Shown here piece after piece: positions 1 through 9,360 of a stretch of 64,000 nt of DNA. The translations under genes were made by a program, and so were the position numbers. The stretch spans positions 12,809-76,808 of the forward strand of contig DHFT01000039.1 in the NCBI GenBank assembly GCA_002402375.1, written 5' to 3'. Source of the stretch: Elusimicrobia bacterium UBA4817 (GTDB lineage Bacteria > Elusimicrobiota > UBA8919). The notes under the pieces are model-generated. The model had not been told where the DNA came from. It worked only from the letters and a program-made list of their open reading frames with translations, and searched no databases. How positions within the stretch are numbered: position 1 is the stretch's first letter; every line of letters starts with the position of its first letter.

Positions 1-58
1 TCCTCTTTATTATTATCGTAAAGTACTGATGCTTTTTTTACACGCTGAATAACCGCTT

Positions 59-490
59 TCATTTTATCAGTTCAAAAATTTCTTTTACAGAGTTCACTTT
101 TATTATACCCGGAATATCCCATGTCTTTATTCCGATAATTGTTTTATCAATTGCTTTGGCAAGTCCGATTTCCGAAAGAGTCCCGTATTTGCCGGAAATT
201 GCGATAATAATATCTGCGGTTCTTGCAATTATTGCATTTCTTGCGTGGCTCATCGCAGTTATTATCGGTATATCAATATATTTGTTGGCGTCGTCTTTAT
301 TTTTACCGGGAAGAATGCCGACCGTTGTGCCGCCTGATTTTTTAGCGCCTCGGCATGCCGCCTCCATTACTCCGCCCATGCCGCCGCAGAGTAAAATATG
401 TTTTCTTTTGGCAATTTCAGAGCCGATTTCTTCCGCAATTTTTTCAATCTGTTTGTCGCACTTATTTCCGCCGATAATTCCTATTATCAT
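59..490 (-). CDS. TIGR00725/LOG-like (SLOG) Rossmann-fold nucleotide-binding protein
   Basis: 143 aa ORF; motifs 'LLCGGMGGVMEAACRGA' and 'TTVGILPG' are typical of the TIGR00725 / lysine-decarboxylase-like (LOG) family. Confidence 0.55.
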   Translation of the reverse strand: MIIGIIGGNKCDKQIEKIAEEIGSEIAKRKHILLCGGMGGVMEAACRGAKKSGGTTVGILPGKNKDDANKYIDIPIITAMSHARNAIIARTADIIIAISGKYGTLSEIGLAKAIDKTIIGIKTWDIPGIIKVNSVKEIFELIK

Positions 491-576
491 TTTTTGAACG
501 CAGATTCCGCAAAAAATCGTTATTTGACTTTATCTGTGTCCTCTATCCGTGTTAATCTGTGGTTTCATTTGTAAAT

Positions 577-648
577 CGTCCCCGACAGGAATCGAACCTG
601 CATCAATGGCTTCGGAGGCCATCACTCTATCCGTTGAGCTACAGGGAC
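577..648 (-). tRNA. tRNA-Arg (anticodon CCG)
   Basis: 72-nt cloverleaf read on the minus strand: acceptor stem GTCCCTG/CGGGGAC (one G-U pair), D-arm AGCTCAACGGATAGAGT, anticodon stem ATGGC/GCCAT with loop CTCCGAA (anticodon CCG), T-arm GGTTCGATTCC, discriminator G, no encoded CCA. Confidence 0.8.
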
Positions 649-675
649 ATAATTACGTATTTTACTTATTTTTTT

Positions 676-2019
676 TTATTCGTCAACTTTTTTCGTATAA
701 AGAATTGAGATTTTGTCTCTATAAATAATCTTCCATTTTTTTTCATCAATTTTCCTTTCCGGTTTCAAAAGTAAAAAATCCGTGTTTGCGAAGATTTCAA
801 ATTTCTCAAAATAATTTTTAAGGAAGAATACGGGATAAACGGTATCATATCTGCCGTCTATTGCTACTTTACACTGCGGATAGAGATGCCAAATAAGATA
901 TTCGCCCCAGTTGAATTCGTTAAAGATATTGCCGCCGAGTTTTTTTTCTTTTAGGAAATTCACCGCATTAGCGGGAAACCTGTCGCTATCCGTGATTTCA
1001 AGCGACGGATTTTTTAGGGTAGCAAAAAGCAGCAGGAAAAACGGAGAAAACGCCGAAATAGTTAAAATTATAACGGTTGCTCTTTTTTTGATGCTTTCAA
1101 AAAACGGGAGCAAAAACGGTGCTACTATGATTGCGAATACAGGGATATGTCTTGAATATCTACTTGCGAATAAAATACTGAGTAGTATAACCAAAGACGA
1201 AAGATATTTTTTTTGGAAAAGATAAATTAGTGAACTGACCGCAGAGATAATTGCAATAAATACGAATAAGTAGCCGACGAGCGGGAAATCTGACAGTGTA
1301 AATTTGCCCCATTCAGTGATGTATTTTGCGGTAAGCGGGTTTGTAAGAGCGCGAAATATTGCTTTCCAAAGATTAACGTGATAGGGCGTTATCAGTGATG
1401 CGAGCGGGAGTGCTATAATAATAAAAAGATGTTTTCGGTTATATTTTTCCAAAAGAAGAATTAGGGCGATTGCTAATCCTACGACAAATCCGCCGTGTGA
1501 GTTTGACCACAAAACCATTGTCGGGAACAGTAAAATCAGAAACGGTAGTTTTCCGGTTTTTTTGTATAAATGTAGTAAAAACCCGAAAATGGAAAGATAA
1601 AGATAAGTAAAAATCTGCGGTCTAAAAGATGTGCCTATAAAAATAAGTGATAAGGCAAAAAGATAGACAGGTAGAATTATTTTGTAATTTTTAGAGTAAA
1701 TCAGCAGAGTTAAAAACAGAAAACATCCGGTAAAAAATCCGATTAAAATTTTAAGAAATATCAGTCCTTTATCGCCGGACTTTTTATATGTTGAGTAAAG
1801 AATAACTTCCGATAACCATTCATGATTTACCCATTTATTGCCGTAAGCGGTATATGAATAAAAATCTATTTTCGGAATATTTTTTGTTTCAACAATTTGT
1901 TTGCCGAAAAAAAGATGTCCCCAGAAGTCCACATCCTGCCATCTGTTGAAAAAGAAAAAAGGGCTTGCTAAAAGCCCCGCAAAAAAAATAATTACAATTT
2001 GTTTTTTTATGTTAGTCAC
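676..2019 (-). CDS. polytopic membrane protein, possibly a GT-C-fold (ArnT/PMT-like) glycosyltransferase
   Basis: 447 aa with about 11 hydrophobic segments and a hydrophilic C-terminal tail; no sharper family assignment possible by eye. Confidence 0.35.
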   Translation of the reverse strand: MTNIKKQIVIIFFAGLLASPFFFFNRWQDVDFWGHLFFGKQIVETKNIPKIDFYSYTAYGNKWVNHEWLSEVILYSTYKKSGDKGLIFLKILIGFFTGCFLFLTLLIYSKNYKIILPVYLFALSLIFIGTSFRPQIFTYLYLSIFGFLLHLYKKTGKLPFLILLFPTMVLWSNSHGGFVVGLAIALILLLEKYNRKHLFIIIALPLASLITPYHVNLWKAIFRALTNPLTAKYITEWGKFTLSDFPLVGYLFVFIAIISAVSSLIYLFQKKYLSSLVILLSILFASRYSRHIPVFAIIVAPFLLPFFESIKKRATVIILTISAFSPFFLLLFATLKNPSLEITDSDRFPANAVNFLKEKKLGGNIFNEFNWGEYLIWHLYPQCKVAIDGRYDTVYPVFFLKNYFEKFEIFANTDFLLLKPERKIDEKKWKIIYRDKISILYTKKVDE

Positions 2020-4622
2020 TTTTGCTTTATAATTTTCTCAACGGATGATATCGCTTCATCCAGTTTTGAAATATCTTTTCCGCCGGCTTGTGCGAGGTCA
2101 ATTTTTCCGCCTCCTCCGCCGCCTACGATTTTTGATATTTCTTTTACAATTATTCTGGCATCAAATTTATCGGCGAGGTCTTTTGTAATTGACACAATGA
2201 GCGTCGGTTTTTCGTCAATAACAGAACCTAATACCACAATGCCTGATTTGATTTTGTTTTTCAGATTGTCGGAAGTGCTTCTGAGTTCATCTATGGATGT
2301 TATTTCCGTTTTTACCGCCAGTAGTTTTATGCCGTTGATTTCTTTAAGGTTTTTCAGTAAATCGTTTTCCTGTATTTTCGGTGTTTTTGAAATGCCCTTT
2401 TCAAGTTTTTTTTTATCGTCTGCAAGTTTTTGGAGTTTTGTAACGACTTCCGCCCGGGATGATTTCAATATCTCGGCCATTTCATCAATCGTTTCCCGCT
2501 GATTTTTCATAAAGTTATACGCTTCCATTCCGGTTATTGCTTCTATCCGCCGAAGACCGCTTCCGATACTGCCTTCGGATAAAATTATAAATTGTCCGAT
2601 TTCTCCGGTTGATTTACAATGAGTTCCGCCGCACAGTTCTACACTTTCAGGATTTTTTTCGTTTCCGGTAATGACGCACCGAACTTTCTCGCCGTATTTT
2701 TCGCCGAATAAAGCGAGCGCCCCCATTTTTTTTGCCTCGGCCACCGTCGTAATTTTTGTCGTCACTTTCAGATTTTCAAGAATTTTTTCATTAACATATT
2801 TTTCTATTAAAATCAGTTCCTCTTTTTTTAATTGTGTCGGATGGGAAAAATCAAATCTGAATCTGTCGTCGCTGACTTGTGAGCCGCGCTGAACGATATG
2901 GGTGCCGATAATTTGTCTTAAACTCTTATGCAAAAGATGAGTAGCGGTATGATTTCGCATAATGTTTTTTCTTCTTTCAAGAGCAATTTCGGCTCCAACC
3001 GTTTCGCCCGTTTTGATAATGCCTTTTATGATTTTTGCTCTGTGGATGATAAGGTTTTCAACCGGTTTCTGCGTATCAATAATTTCTACCTGACTTTGGA
3101 CTTCGGACTTCGGACTTCGGACTATTAACCTGCCCCTATCCCCAACCTGTCCGCCCGCTTCCCCGTAAAAAGGCGTCTCTTTTAGGATTATTTCCACCTC
3201 ATCGCCTTCGTTTGCCTGTTCAATAATTTTTCCGTCTTTTACTATTGCGGCTATTTTGGTTTTTGTTTTTGTCTCATCGTAGCCGGTAAAAACGGTATCT
3301 GCGAATTTTTTGTGAAGTTCAAAATAATTGCTCATATCAATATCTCCCGAACCTTTCCACGAAGTTTTGGAACGATTTTTTTGTTTCTCCATTTCTTCTT
3401 CAAACCCCTTGTCGTCTATAGATATTTCAGATTCAGCCAGAAGTTCTTTTGTTAAATCAAACGGGAAGCCGTAAGTATCATATAGTAAAAATGCATCTTT
3501 CCCGGAAATTGTTTTTCTGGATTTTTTTAATTCTTCAAGCATTTCAATCCCGCGCTCCAGCGTCATTAAAAATTTTTCTTCCTCCATTTTTATTATTCTT
3601 GCTATGTACTCGCGATTCAAATCCAGTTCAGGATATGCCGGTTTCATCGTCTCAACCACTTCAACTGCGATTCTGTAAAGGAACGGTTTGTCCATCTGCA
3701 ATTTTTTGCCGTGAGTAATTGCTCTTCTCAGGATTCTTCTTAAAACATAACCTCTTCCTTCATTGGACGGTAAAATGCCGTCGGAAATAAGAAATGTGAT
3801 TGCTCTCGCGTGGTCAGCAATTATTTTGGTAGATATATCATTTTTAATATCAGACAGGTTTTTTATAAAATCAATAATTCTTTTAAGCTCGTCGGTTTCA
3901 AAATTTGTTTTTGCCCTCTGAACCACCGCCGCCAGCCGTTCAAGTCCCATCCCGGTATCAATATTTTTTTGCGGAAGATTTTTTAATGTGCCGTCTGCTT
4001 GTTTGTCAAATTGCGTGAATACGAGGTTCCATACCTCAATATACCTGTCGCAGTCGCACCCCGGGCCGCAGGTTTTTTTGCCACAGCCGTTTCCTGTTCC
4101 CGTATCGTATAAAATTTCGGAACAGGGTCCGCAGGGACCGGTTTCTCCCATCTGCCAGAAGTTTGACGCCTCGCCTAATTTTACGATTTTGTTTAAAGGC
4201 AGGATTTTTTCCCAGATTTTGTATGCCTCGTCGTCATCTTTGTAGACGGAAGCGTAAAGTTTGTCCTTATCAAGTTTAAGTTCAACGGTCAGAAATTCCC
4301 ACGCCCACAAAATCGCTTCTTTTTTGAAATAATCGCCGAATGAAAAATTACCGAGCATCTCAAAAAACGTAAGATGTCTTGCGGTATGTCCGACATTTTC
4401 AATATCGGATGTCCTGAAACATTTCTGGACGGACGTCGCCCGCTGGTAATCGCTTTTGATTTTCTGCCTGCCTAAAAAATAATTTTTGAACTGCACCATT
4501 CCCGCCGATGTAAAAAGCAGCGTCGGGTCGGAAGAGGGCACCAGCGAGTCGCTCTTAAAAACGGTATGTTCTTTTTCTTTAAAAAACCTCAAAAATTTTT
4601 GTCTGATTTCGTTTGTAGTCAT
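2016..4622 (-). CDS. alaS: alanine--tRNA ligase
   Basis: 868 aa; N-terminus 'EIRQKFLRFFKEKEHTVFKSDSLVPSSDPTLLFTSAGMVQFK', class II catalytic core, editing domain (HxxxH), C-terminal GGGGG segment. Confidence 0.95.
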   Translation of the reverse strand: MTTNEIRQKFLRFFKEKEHTVFKSDSLVPSSDPTLLFTSAGMVQFKNYFLGRQKIKSDYQRATSVQKCFRTSDIENVGHTARHLTFFEMLGNFSFGDYFKKEAILWAWEFLTVELKLDKDKLYASVYKDDDEAYKIWEKILPLNKIVKLGEASNFWQMGETGPCGPCSEILYDTGTGNGCGKKTCGPGCDCDRYIEVWNLVFTQFDKQADGTLKNLPQKNIDTGMGLERLAAVVQRAKTNFETDELKRIIDFIKNLSDIKNDISTKIIADHARAITFLISDGILPSNEGRGYVLRRILRRAITHGKKLQMDKPFLYRIAVEVVETMKPAYPELDLNREYIARIIKMEEEKFLMTLERGIEMLEELKKSRKTISGKDAFLLYDTYGFPFDLTKELLAESEISIDDKGFEEEMEKQKNRSKTSWKGSGDIDMSNYFELHKKFADTVFTGYDETKTKTKIAAIVKDGKIIEQANEGDEVEIILKETPFYGEAGGQVGDRGRLIVRSPKSEVQSQVEIIDTQKPVENLIIHRAKIIKGIIKTGETVGAEIALERRKNIMRNHTATHLLHKSLRQIIGTHIVQRGSQVSDDRFRFDFSHPTQLKKEELILIEKYVNEKILENLKVTTKITTVAEAKKMGALALFGEKYGEKVRCVITGNEKNPESVELCGGTHCKSTGEIGQFIILSEGSIGSGLRRIEAITGMEAYNFMKNQRETIDEMAEILKSSRAEVVTKLQKLADDKKKLEKGISKTPKIQENDLLKNLKEINGIKLLAVKTEITSIDELRSTSDNLKNKIKSGIVVLGSVIDEKPTLIVSITKDLADKFDARIIVKEISKIVGGGGGGKIDLAQAGGKDISKLDEAISSVEKIIKQK

Positions 4623-4664
4623 AAATTACTTGGTGTCTGTTAAAATTATTAAAGATTAGAGAAG

Positions 4665-5039
4665 TTAATGTTGACTATTCACTTCAAAAATATTACCCAT
4701 CTTAAACATTGGCATAAACATAGATATAATTGTTACAAAGAATGTCAATCCTATTATGATAAATAGCGAAACCAATAATAATTTTGTGATTCTGATGTTT
4801 TTCCCTATAACTATATAAATATAAATTGCACTTATTGGCAATAAAATTACAAGCCACATTTTAGATAAAAAAAATATGCTTTTGGTGATTTGCGATAAAT
4901 CAACTCCTAAACTATCAAATATTTCTCTAAACGAAGGAACGACACCAATTAAAATATAAGAACAAACTATTATTGCCGCGAGTAAACCCAATTTAAGGTC
5001 AGTCAATTTAGAAATATTATTTTTAACAAATTTTATCAT
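4665..5039 (-). CDS. small integral membrane protein (3 predicted TM helices), hypothetical
   Basis: 124 aa ORF made of hydrophobic segments; no recognisable family. Confidence 0.4.
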   Translation of the reverse strand: MIKFVKNNISKLTDLKLGLLAAIIVCSYILIGVVPSFREIFDSLGVDLSQITKSIFFLSKMWLVILLPISAIYIYIVIGKNIRITKLLLVSLFIIIGLTFFVTIISMFMPMFKMGNIFEVNSQH

Positions 5040-5078
5040 TTAATTTCCTTATTGCTAAAGCATCAAATCAATGTCTAA

Positions 5079-5120
5079 AATGACGCATACCCGTGAATAC
5101 CATTGAGATTTTATGTTCGG
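5079..5120. repeat. imperfect direct-repeat copy of the purH 3' end (partner at 6351..6391)
   Basis: About 41 bp, 4 mismatches: 'atgacgcatacccgtgaataccattgagattttatgttcgg' versus 'atggcgcatgcctgtgaataccattgagattttatgctcg'. The 6351..6391 copy encodes the purH C-terminus (…MVFTGMRHLRH*). Confidence 0.8.
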
Positions 5121-5148
5121 TATATTTTTCGGAATTGACCGCAGTTAA

Positions 5149-6279
5149 TTATCCGATAATATCAAAATAATTATCCTTAGTTATAACGGTAAATTTAGAA
5201 TTTTTATATGTTTCAACAAAATCTTTCGGCGGTTTTACGCCTTTTGCTTTCCATTTGCATTCAAAACCCCAAAGACATCCAGCCCTTTCTTCAACAAAAT
5301 CAACCTCTTTCTGGTCGTAAGTCCTCCAGAAATATTTATTGCAATGAATATTTTTATAATTTAATTTTTTAATTCTTTCCGAAATACAATAATTCTCCCA
5401 TAATTTTCCTATGTCATCCCGCATAGTAATACTATTATAATTTGAAATAATAGCGTTGCGAACACCGTTGTCCCAAAAATAATATCGCGGTGTTTTTGTA
5501 TATTCCTTCCTTAAATTCCTGCTGAAACCGTATAATGAAAATAACACATAAGATTTTTCAAGTAATTCAAGATACCTCATCACCGTTTTTTTATTTGCAT
5601 TTAAGTTATTAGCGAGTTCAGAATATGAAATATCGTTACCGATTTGGAATGCTATAAGTCGTAATAAATTAAAAATGAATAAAGAGTTTTTGAGATTGTC
5701 CAATTGCAAAATATCTCTCAATAAATAACCGTCTCTTATTGATTCAAGCAGTTCTTTCTTTTCTTTTAAGGATTTTGCCGTCAATACCTGCGGATACATT
5801 CCATATATCAATCTGTCCTCTAAATTTTCCTTGTTTTTCAGAAAATCCTGATAATTGTTTAATTCTAATTGTGATATGGGATAAAAATAATAGAACTTAC
5901 TTCTCTCCACCAGAGGTTCTCCTATTTTGTTTTTTAAGTCAAATGAGGAAGAACCGGAAACAAAAACTGAAATTCCCGGGATATTGTCAACAATAAGTTT
6001 TAGATTGAGTCCGATGTTGGGTATTTTCTGGGCTTCGTCTATAAAAAGATATTTATAACCGGCTGTAAACTTTTCAAGAATGCTTAACATCTGACTTGAT
6101 AATATTTCTAACACATCTAAATTTTCACCATTTACCATTAGAACAGGTTTGTTTTTTAATTTCTCTTTCACCGAATTCATTAGCACGGTCTTACCGGTTC
6201 TTCTGGCACCGAAGAGTCCGATGACTTTGCCTGCCTTTAGAGACGATAGTATCTGATTTTCAATAAATCTGGGTATCAT
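5149..6279 (-). CDS. AAA+ ATPase with DUF4143-type C-terminal domain (COG1373-like)
   Basis: 376 aa; Walker A 'GARRTGKT'; N-terminal AAA domain followed by the extension typical of DUF4143 ATPases. Confidence 0.7.
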   Translation of the reverse strand: MIPRFIENQILSSLKAGKVIGLFGARRTGKTVLMNSVKEKLKNKPVLMVNGENLDVLEILSSQMLSILEKFTAGYKYLFIDEAQKIPNIGLNLKLIVDNIPGISVFVSGSSSFDLKNKIGEPLVERSKFYYFYPISQLELNNYQDFLKNKENLEDRLIYGMYPQVLTAKSLKEKKELLESIRDGYLLRDILQLDNLKNSLFIFNLLRLIAFQIGNDISYSELANNLNANKKTVMRYLELLEKSYVLFSLYGFSRNLRKEYTKTPRYYFWDNGVRNAIISNYNSITMRDDIGKLWENYCISERIKKLNYKNIHCNKYFWRTYDQKEVDFVEERAGCLWGFECKWKAKGVKPPKDFVETYKNSKFTVITKDNYFDIIG

Positions 6280-6339
6280 GGTGTCTGTATTTTAATAAAT
6301 ATATCTGGTTTTGTCAAGAGTTTTTTGTTTCCAAAATTT

Positions 6340-7851
6340 TTAATGACGGAGATGGCGCATGCCTGTGAATACCATTGAGATTTTATGCTCGTTGCAGACG
6401 GTTATTGATTCGTTATCTTTTACCGAGCCGCCGGGCTGAATAATTGCTTTTACGCCGATTTTTGCTGCTTCGTTGACGACATCTTTGAACGGGAAAAATG
6501 CGTCGGAGGATAAAACAAGCGGTAGACGGTAGACGGTAGACGGTAGACGGATTAAGTTCATTTTCATTTTTGCGATTTTTAGTGAGTCAATCCTTGACAT
6601 TTGGCCGCCGCCGATTCCTACCGTTCGGGTGCCTCTGGCAAGGACGATTGCATTTGATTTTACATATTTTGCGACGGTAAAAGCAAATTTTAACGATTCC
6701 AATTCTTCTTTTGCCGGTTTTGTCTTTGTAACAATTTTTAACTTGTCAAAAATTTTGCTGTCCTTTTCCTGAACAAGAAAGCCGTCGGAAATACTGCGGA
6801 ACTCAAGCGATTGAGCAAGTGAGCGATTAAGCGAGTGAGTTAAAACTCTTAAATTTTGTTTTTGCGAAAATATTTTCAGCGCATCTTTTGAATAATTCGG
6901 CGCAATAACACACTCGGTAAAAATTTTTATTACGTCTCTTGCGGTTCTGCCATCCACGATTTTATTAAACGCTACAATTCCGCCGAATGCCGAAACGGGG
7001 TCGCAGGCAAGAGCATTTTTGTAAGCATCAAAAATAGTTTTAGCGGTTGCAACTCCACAAGGATTATTATGCTTTACAATCACACAAGCAGGTTTTTCAA
7101 ATTCGCAAACCAGATTAAAAGCAGAATCCATATCAAGATAATTGTTATAAGAAAGTTCTTTCCCTTGCAGTTGTTTTACACTTCCGACTTCCGACTTCCC
7201 ACTTCCGATATGGTAAACTGCCGCTTTCTGATGAGGATTTTCACCGTACCGCAAGTCGGAAAATTTTTTAAGTCCAACTGTTATTTTTTCTGGAAACTGC
7301 TCGTCGGTAAAATAATTTGAAATAATAGAATCATAATAAGCGGTATGGCTGAATGCCTTTGCCGCAAGTTTTTTTCTGAATGAAAAATCTATCTTTGAAC
7401 TTTTAATATTATCTATGATGTTAGAATAATCTTTCGTGTCGCAGACCGCCAGAACATTCTCAAAATTTTTTGCGGCCGCGCGGAGCATCGCCACTCCGCC
7501 GATATCTATATTTTCAACTGAAGGTTTTTCTTCAAACGGATAAAGATTTATAACGACGATATCAATCGCGTTAATTTTGTGTTTTTTCAACTCGTCAATA
7601 TGTTGTTTTGTCTTTTTTGCCAGTATTCCCGCGTGGATTTTCGGATGCAGTGTCTTTACCCGCCCGTCAAGGATTTCCGGAAAGCCAGTAATTTTTTCAA
7701 CCGAAACGACGGAAATTCCCACTTTTTTAAGAAACGTTACTGTCCCGCCGGTTGATATAATTTTGACATCCAATTTTTTAAGTTCTTTTGCAAATTCAAC
7801 AATTCCGGTTTTGTCCGATACGCTGATTAATGCTGTTTTAATAGTTTTCAT
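6340..7851 (-). CDS. purH: bifunctional AICAR formyltransferase / IMP cyclohydrolase
   Basis: 503 aa; MGS-like N-terminal domain (KTALISVSDKTG…GGT) and C-terminus 'SDAFFPF…IIQPGGS…MVFTGMRHLRH' matching PurH. Confidence 0.95.
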   Translation of the reverse strand: MKTIKTALISVSDKTGIVEFAKELKKLDVKIISTGGTVTFLKKVGISVVSVEKITGFPEILDGRVKTLHPKIHAGILAKKTKQHIDELKKHKINAIDIVVINLYPFEEKPSVENIDIGGVAMLRAAAKNFENVLAVCDTKDYSNIIDNIKSSKIDFSFRKKLAAKAFSHTAYYDSIISNYFTDEQFPEKITVGLKKFSDLRYGENPHQKAAVYHIGSGKSEVGSVKQLQGKELSYNNYLDMDSAFNLVCEFEKPACVIVKHNNPCGVATAKTIFDAYKNALACDPVSAFGGIVAFNKIVDGRTARDVIKIFTECVIAPNYSKDALKIFSQKQNLRVLTHSLNRSLAQSLEFRSISDGFLVQEKDSKIFDKLKIVTKTKPAKEELESLKFAFTVAKYVKSNAIVLARGTRTVGIGGGQMSRIDSLKIAKMKMNLIRLPSTVYRLPLVLSSDAFFPFKDVVNEAAKIGVKAIIQPGGSVKDNESITVCNEHKISMVFTGMRHLRH

Positions 7852-8329
7852 CGGTGTCCTGTCCCGCGCCTTTTATAAATTTTGCTATGACACTTTCAAT
7901 CGTGTCGTAAGAAAATCCCCTGCCGGCAAGAAACTGAAAAATTTTACTCTTTGCTTTTAACGGTTCAAGTTTTTTATATCTCGCAAGTTTATTTTTTATT
8001 GTGTCAAAGGCCAGTTCCGTCTCGTCAATTTCCAGAGAGCTTAAAATTCCGGATGCCGTTTCGCGCGGTATTCCTTTTCTGTTTAATTCCCGCATAATAA
8101 AATTTTTGCTTTTATTGTGACGCAGGCGGTATTCCATCCATTCTTTCGCAAATTTTTCGTCGTCAATCAATTTTAATTTTTTCAATTTTTCTATTACGGT
8201 ATCAACAACGGTGCTATCATAATTTTTTCCGATTTTATCCCGTATCTCTTTTTCGGAATGGTTTCTCCTGGCAAAAAGCCAGAACGCATATTTTTGTGCC
8301 TTGTGATAATTCGTGGATTTTTCTTTCAT
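7838..8329 (-). CDS. recX: RecX family recombination regulator
   Basis: 163 aa, three-helix repeat architecture, 'YAFWLFARRNHSEKEIRDKI' RecX-like N-terminus. Confidence 0.7.
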   Translation of the reverse strand: MKEKSTNYHKAQKYAFWLFARRNHSEKEIRDKIGKNYDSTVVDTVIEKLKKLKLIDDEKFAKEWMEYRLRHNKSKNFIMRELNRKGIPRETASGILSSLEIDETELAFDTIKNKLARYKKLEPLKAKSKIFQFLAGRGFSYDTIESVIAKFIKGAGQDTDENY

Positions 8330-9360
8330 ATTTCAATGATACTATATTTTTTTTCTCCGAGTCCGAGTTTTACTGCGTAATCAAGTTGCACCGAGTAATC
8401 AATATCCGGAAATATGTGCTTGAAAAAATCGCTGCCGAATTTTTTGTTAACCAGTTTAAAAGATGCCGTATCAATCGCTACTGGGTCGCAAGATGCCAAA
8501 ATTCCTATATCGGGAATTTGCGGACTCTCTTTTGTCTCGTAGCAATCGCAGAATTTTGTTATGTAGTTCAGAAAATTTATGTAAATCGCTTTTTTATTTT
8601 TTAAGCACCCTGCGGCATATTCCGCCATTTTTTCCTGTAAGTTTTTCACGGATTCATCCCATGGAATTTTTATCGCATATTGCTCACAGGACAAAATACA
8701 TTCGCCGCACCCGATACAGGCAGTTTTATTTATTATAATTTTTTTATTCACAAGTTTCAAGGCATTTGACGGACACCACTTAATACAATTGCCGCATCCG
8801 ATACACTTTTCAGGTTTAATTTCAGGTTTTACGGAATTATGCATTTCGTATTTTCCGGCCCGTGCCCCGCAACCCATTCCGATATTTTTGATTGCCCCGC
8901 CGAACCCGGAAATCTCATGTCCCTTGAAGTGGGTTAAAAAAATAAATTTATCCGTATAATAAATATCCCGCGCGATTTTTACGGATTTAAAATGTTTTAG
9001 ATTTACATCAACATCTATGTAAGAATTTCCCCGCAGCCCGTCGGCAATTATTATCGGGCATCCGCAAATACCGAAACCGTGTTCAATCGCAATATTAAGA
9101 TGGTCAACGGCATTTGCCCGGCTTCCCCTGTAGATTGTATTTGCGTCGGTTAAAAACGGTTTTCCGCCGCGCGATTTTACAATTTCAACAATCGGTTTTA
9201 CATATTCGGGTTTGATGTAACCCTTGTTTCCTTTTTCTCCGAAATGAATTTTAATTGCTACGAAATCATTTTTAGAAACGAGCGAATTTATTCCCGATTT
9301 TTCCGCTATTTTTTTTACCGTTTCTGCCGAAAACGTCTTTGTGAAATATACATTACTCAT
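8326..9360 (-). CDS. DUF362-domain protein with two 4Fe-4S ferredoxin motifs
   Basis: 344 aa; 'CIGCGNCIKWCP' and 'CIGCGECILSCEQ' CxxCxxCxxxCP clusters embedded in a DUF362-like fold. Confidence 0.6.
   Translation of the reverse strand: MSNVYFTKTFSAETVKKIAEKSGINSLVSKNDFVAIKIHFGEKGNKGYIKPEYVKPIVEIVKSRGGKPFLTDANTIYRGSRANAVDHLNIAIEHGFGICGCPIIIADGLRGNSYIDVDVNLKHFKSVKIARDIYYTDKFIFLTHFKGHEISGFGGAIKNIGMGCGARAGKYEMHNSVKPEIKPEKCIGCGNCIKWCPSNALKLVNKKIIINKTACIGCGECILSCEQYAIKIPWDESVKNLQEKMAEYAAGCLKNKKAIYINFLNYITKFCDCYETKESPQIPDIGILASCDPVAIDTASFKLVNKKFGSDFFKHIFPDIDYSVQLDYAVKLGLGEKKYSIIEI

Noticed and set aside
5149-6279. DUF4143 AAA ATPase as a transposase or integrase of the inserted cassette
   Set aside because: No DDE, tyrosine or serine recombinase motifs; it is a Walker-A P-loop ATPase. 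The insertion lacks any recognisable mobility gene, so mobile_element is not called; only the direct repeats are reported.
6521-6550. Possibility that the short tandem arrays (ggtagac x4, cttccga x4, etc.) are CRISPR arrays
   Set aside because: Units are 7-8 bp, directly abutting with no spacers, and lie inside intact conserved coding sequences. They are microsatellite-like, not CRISPR.
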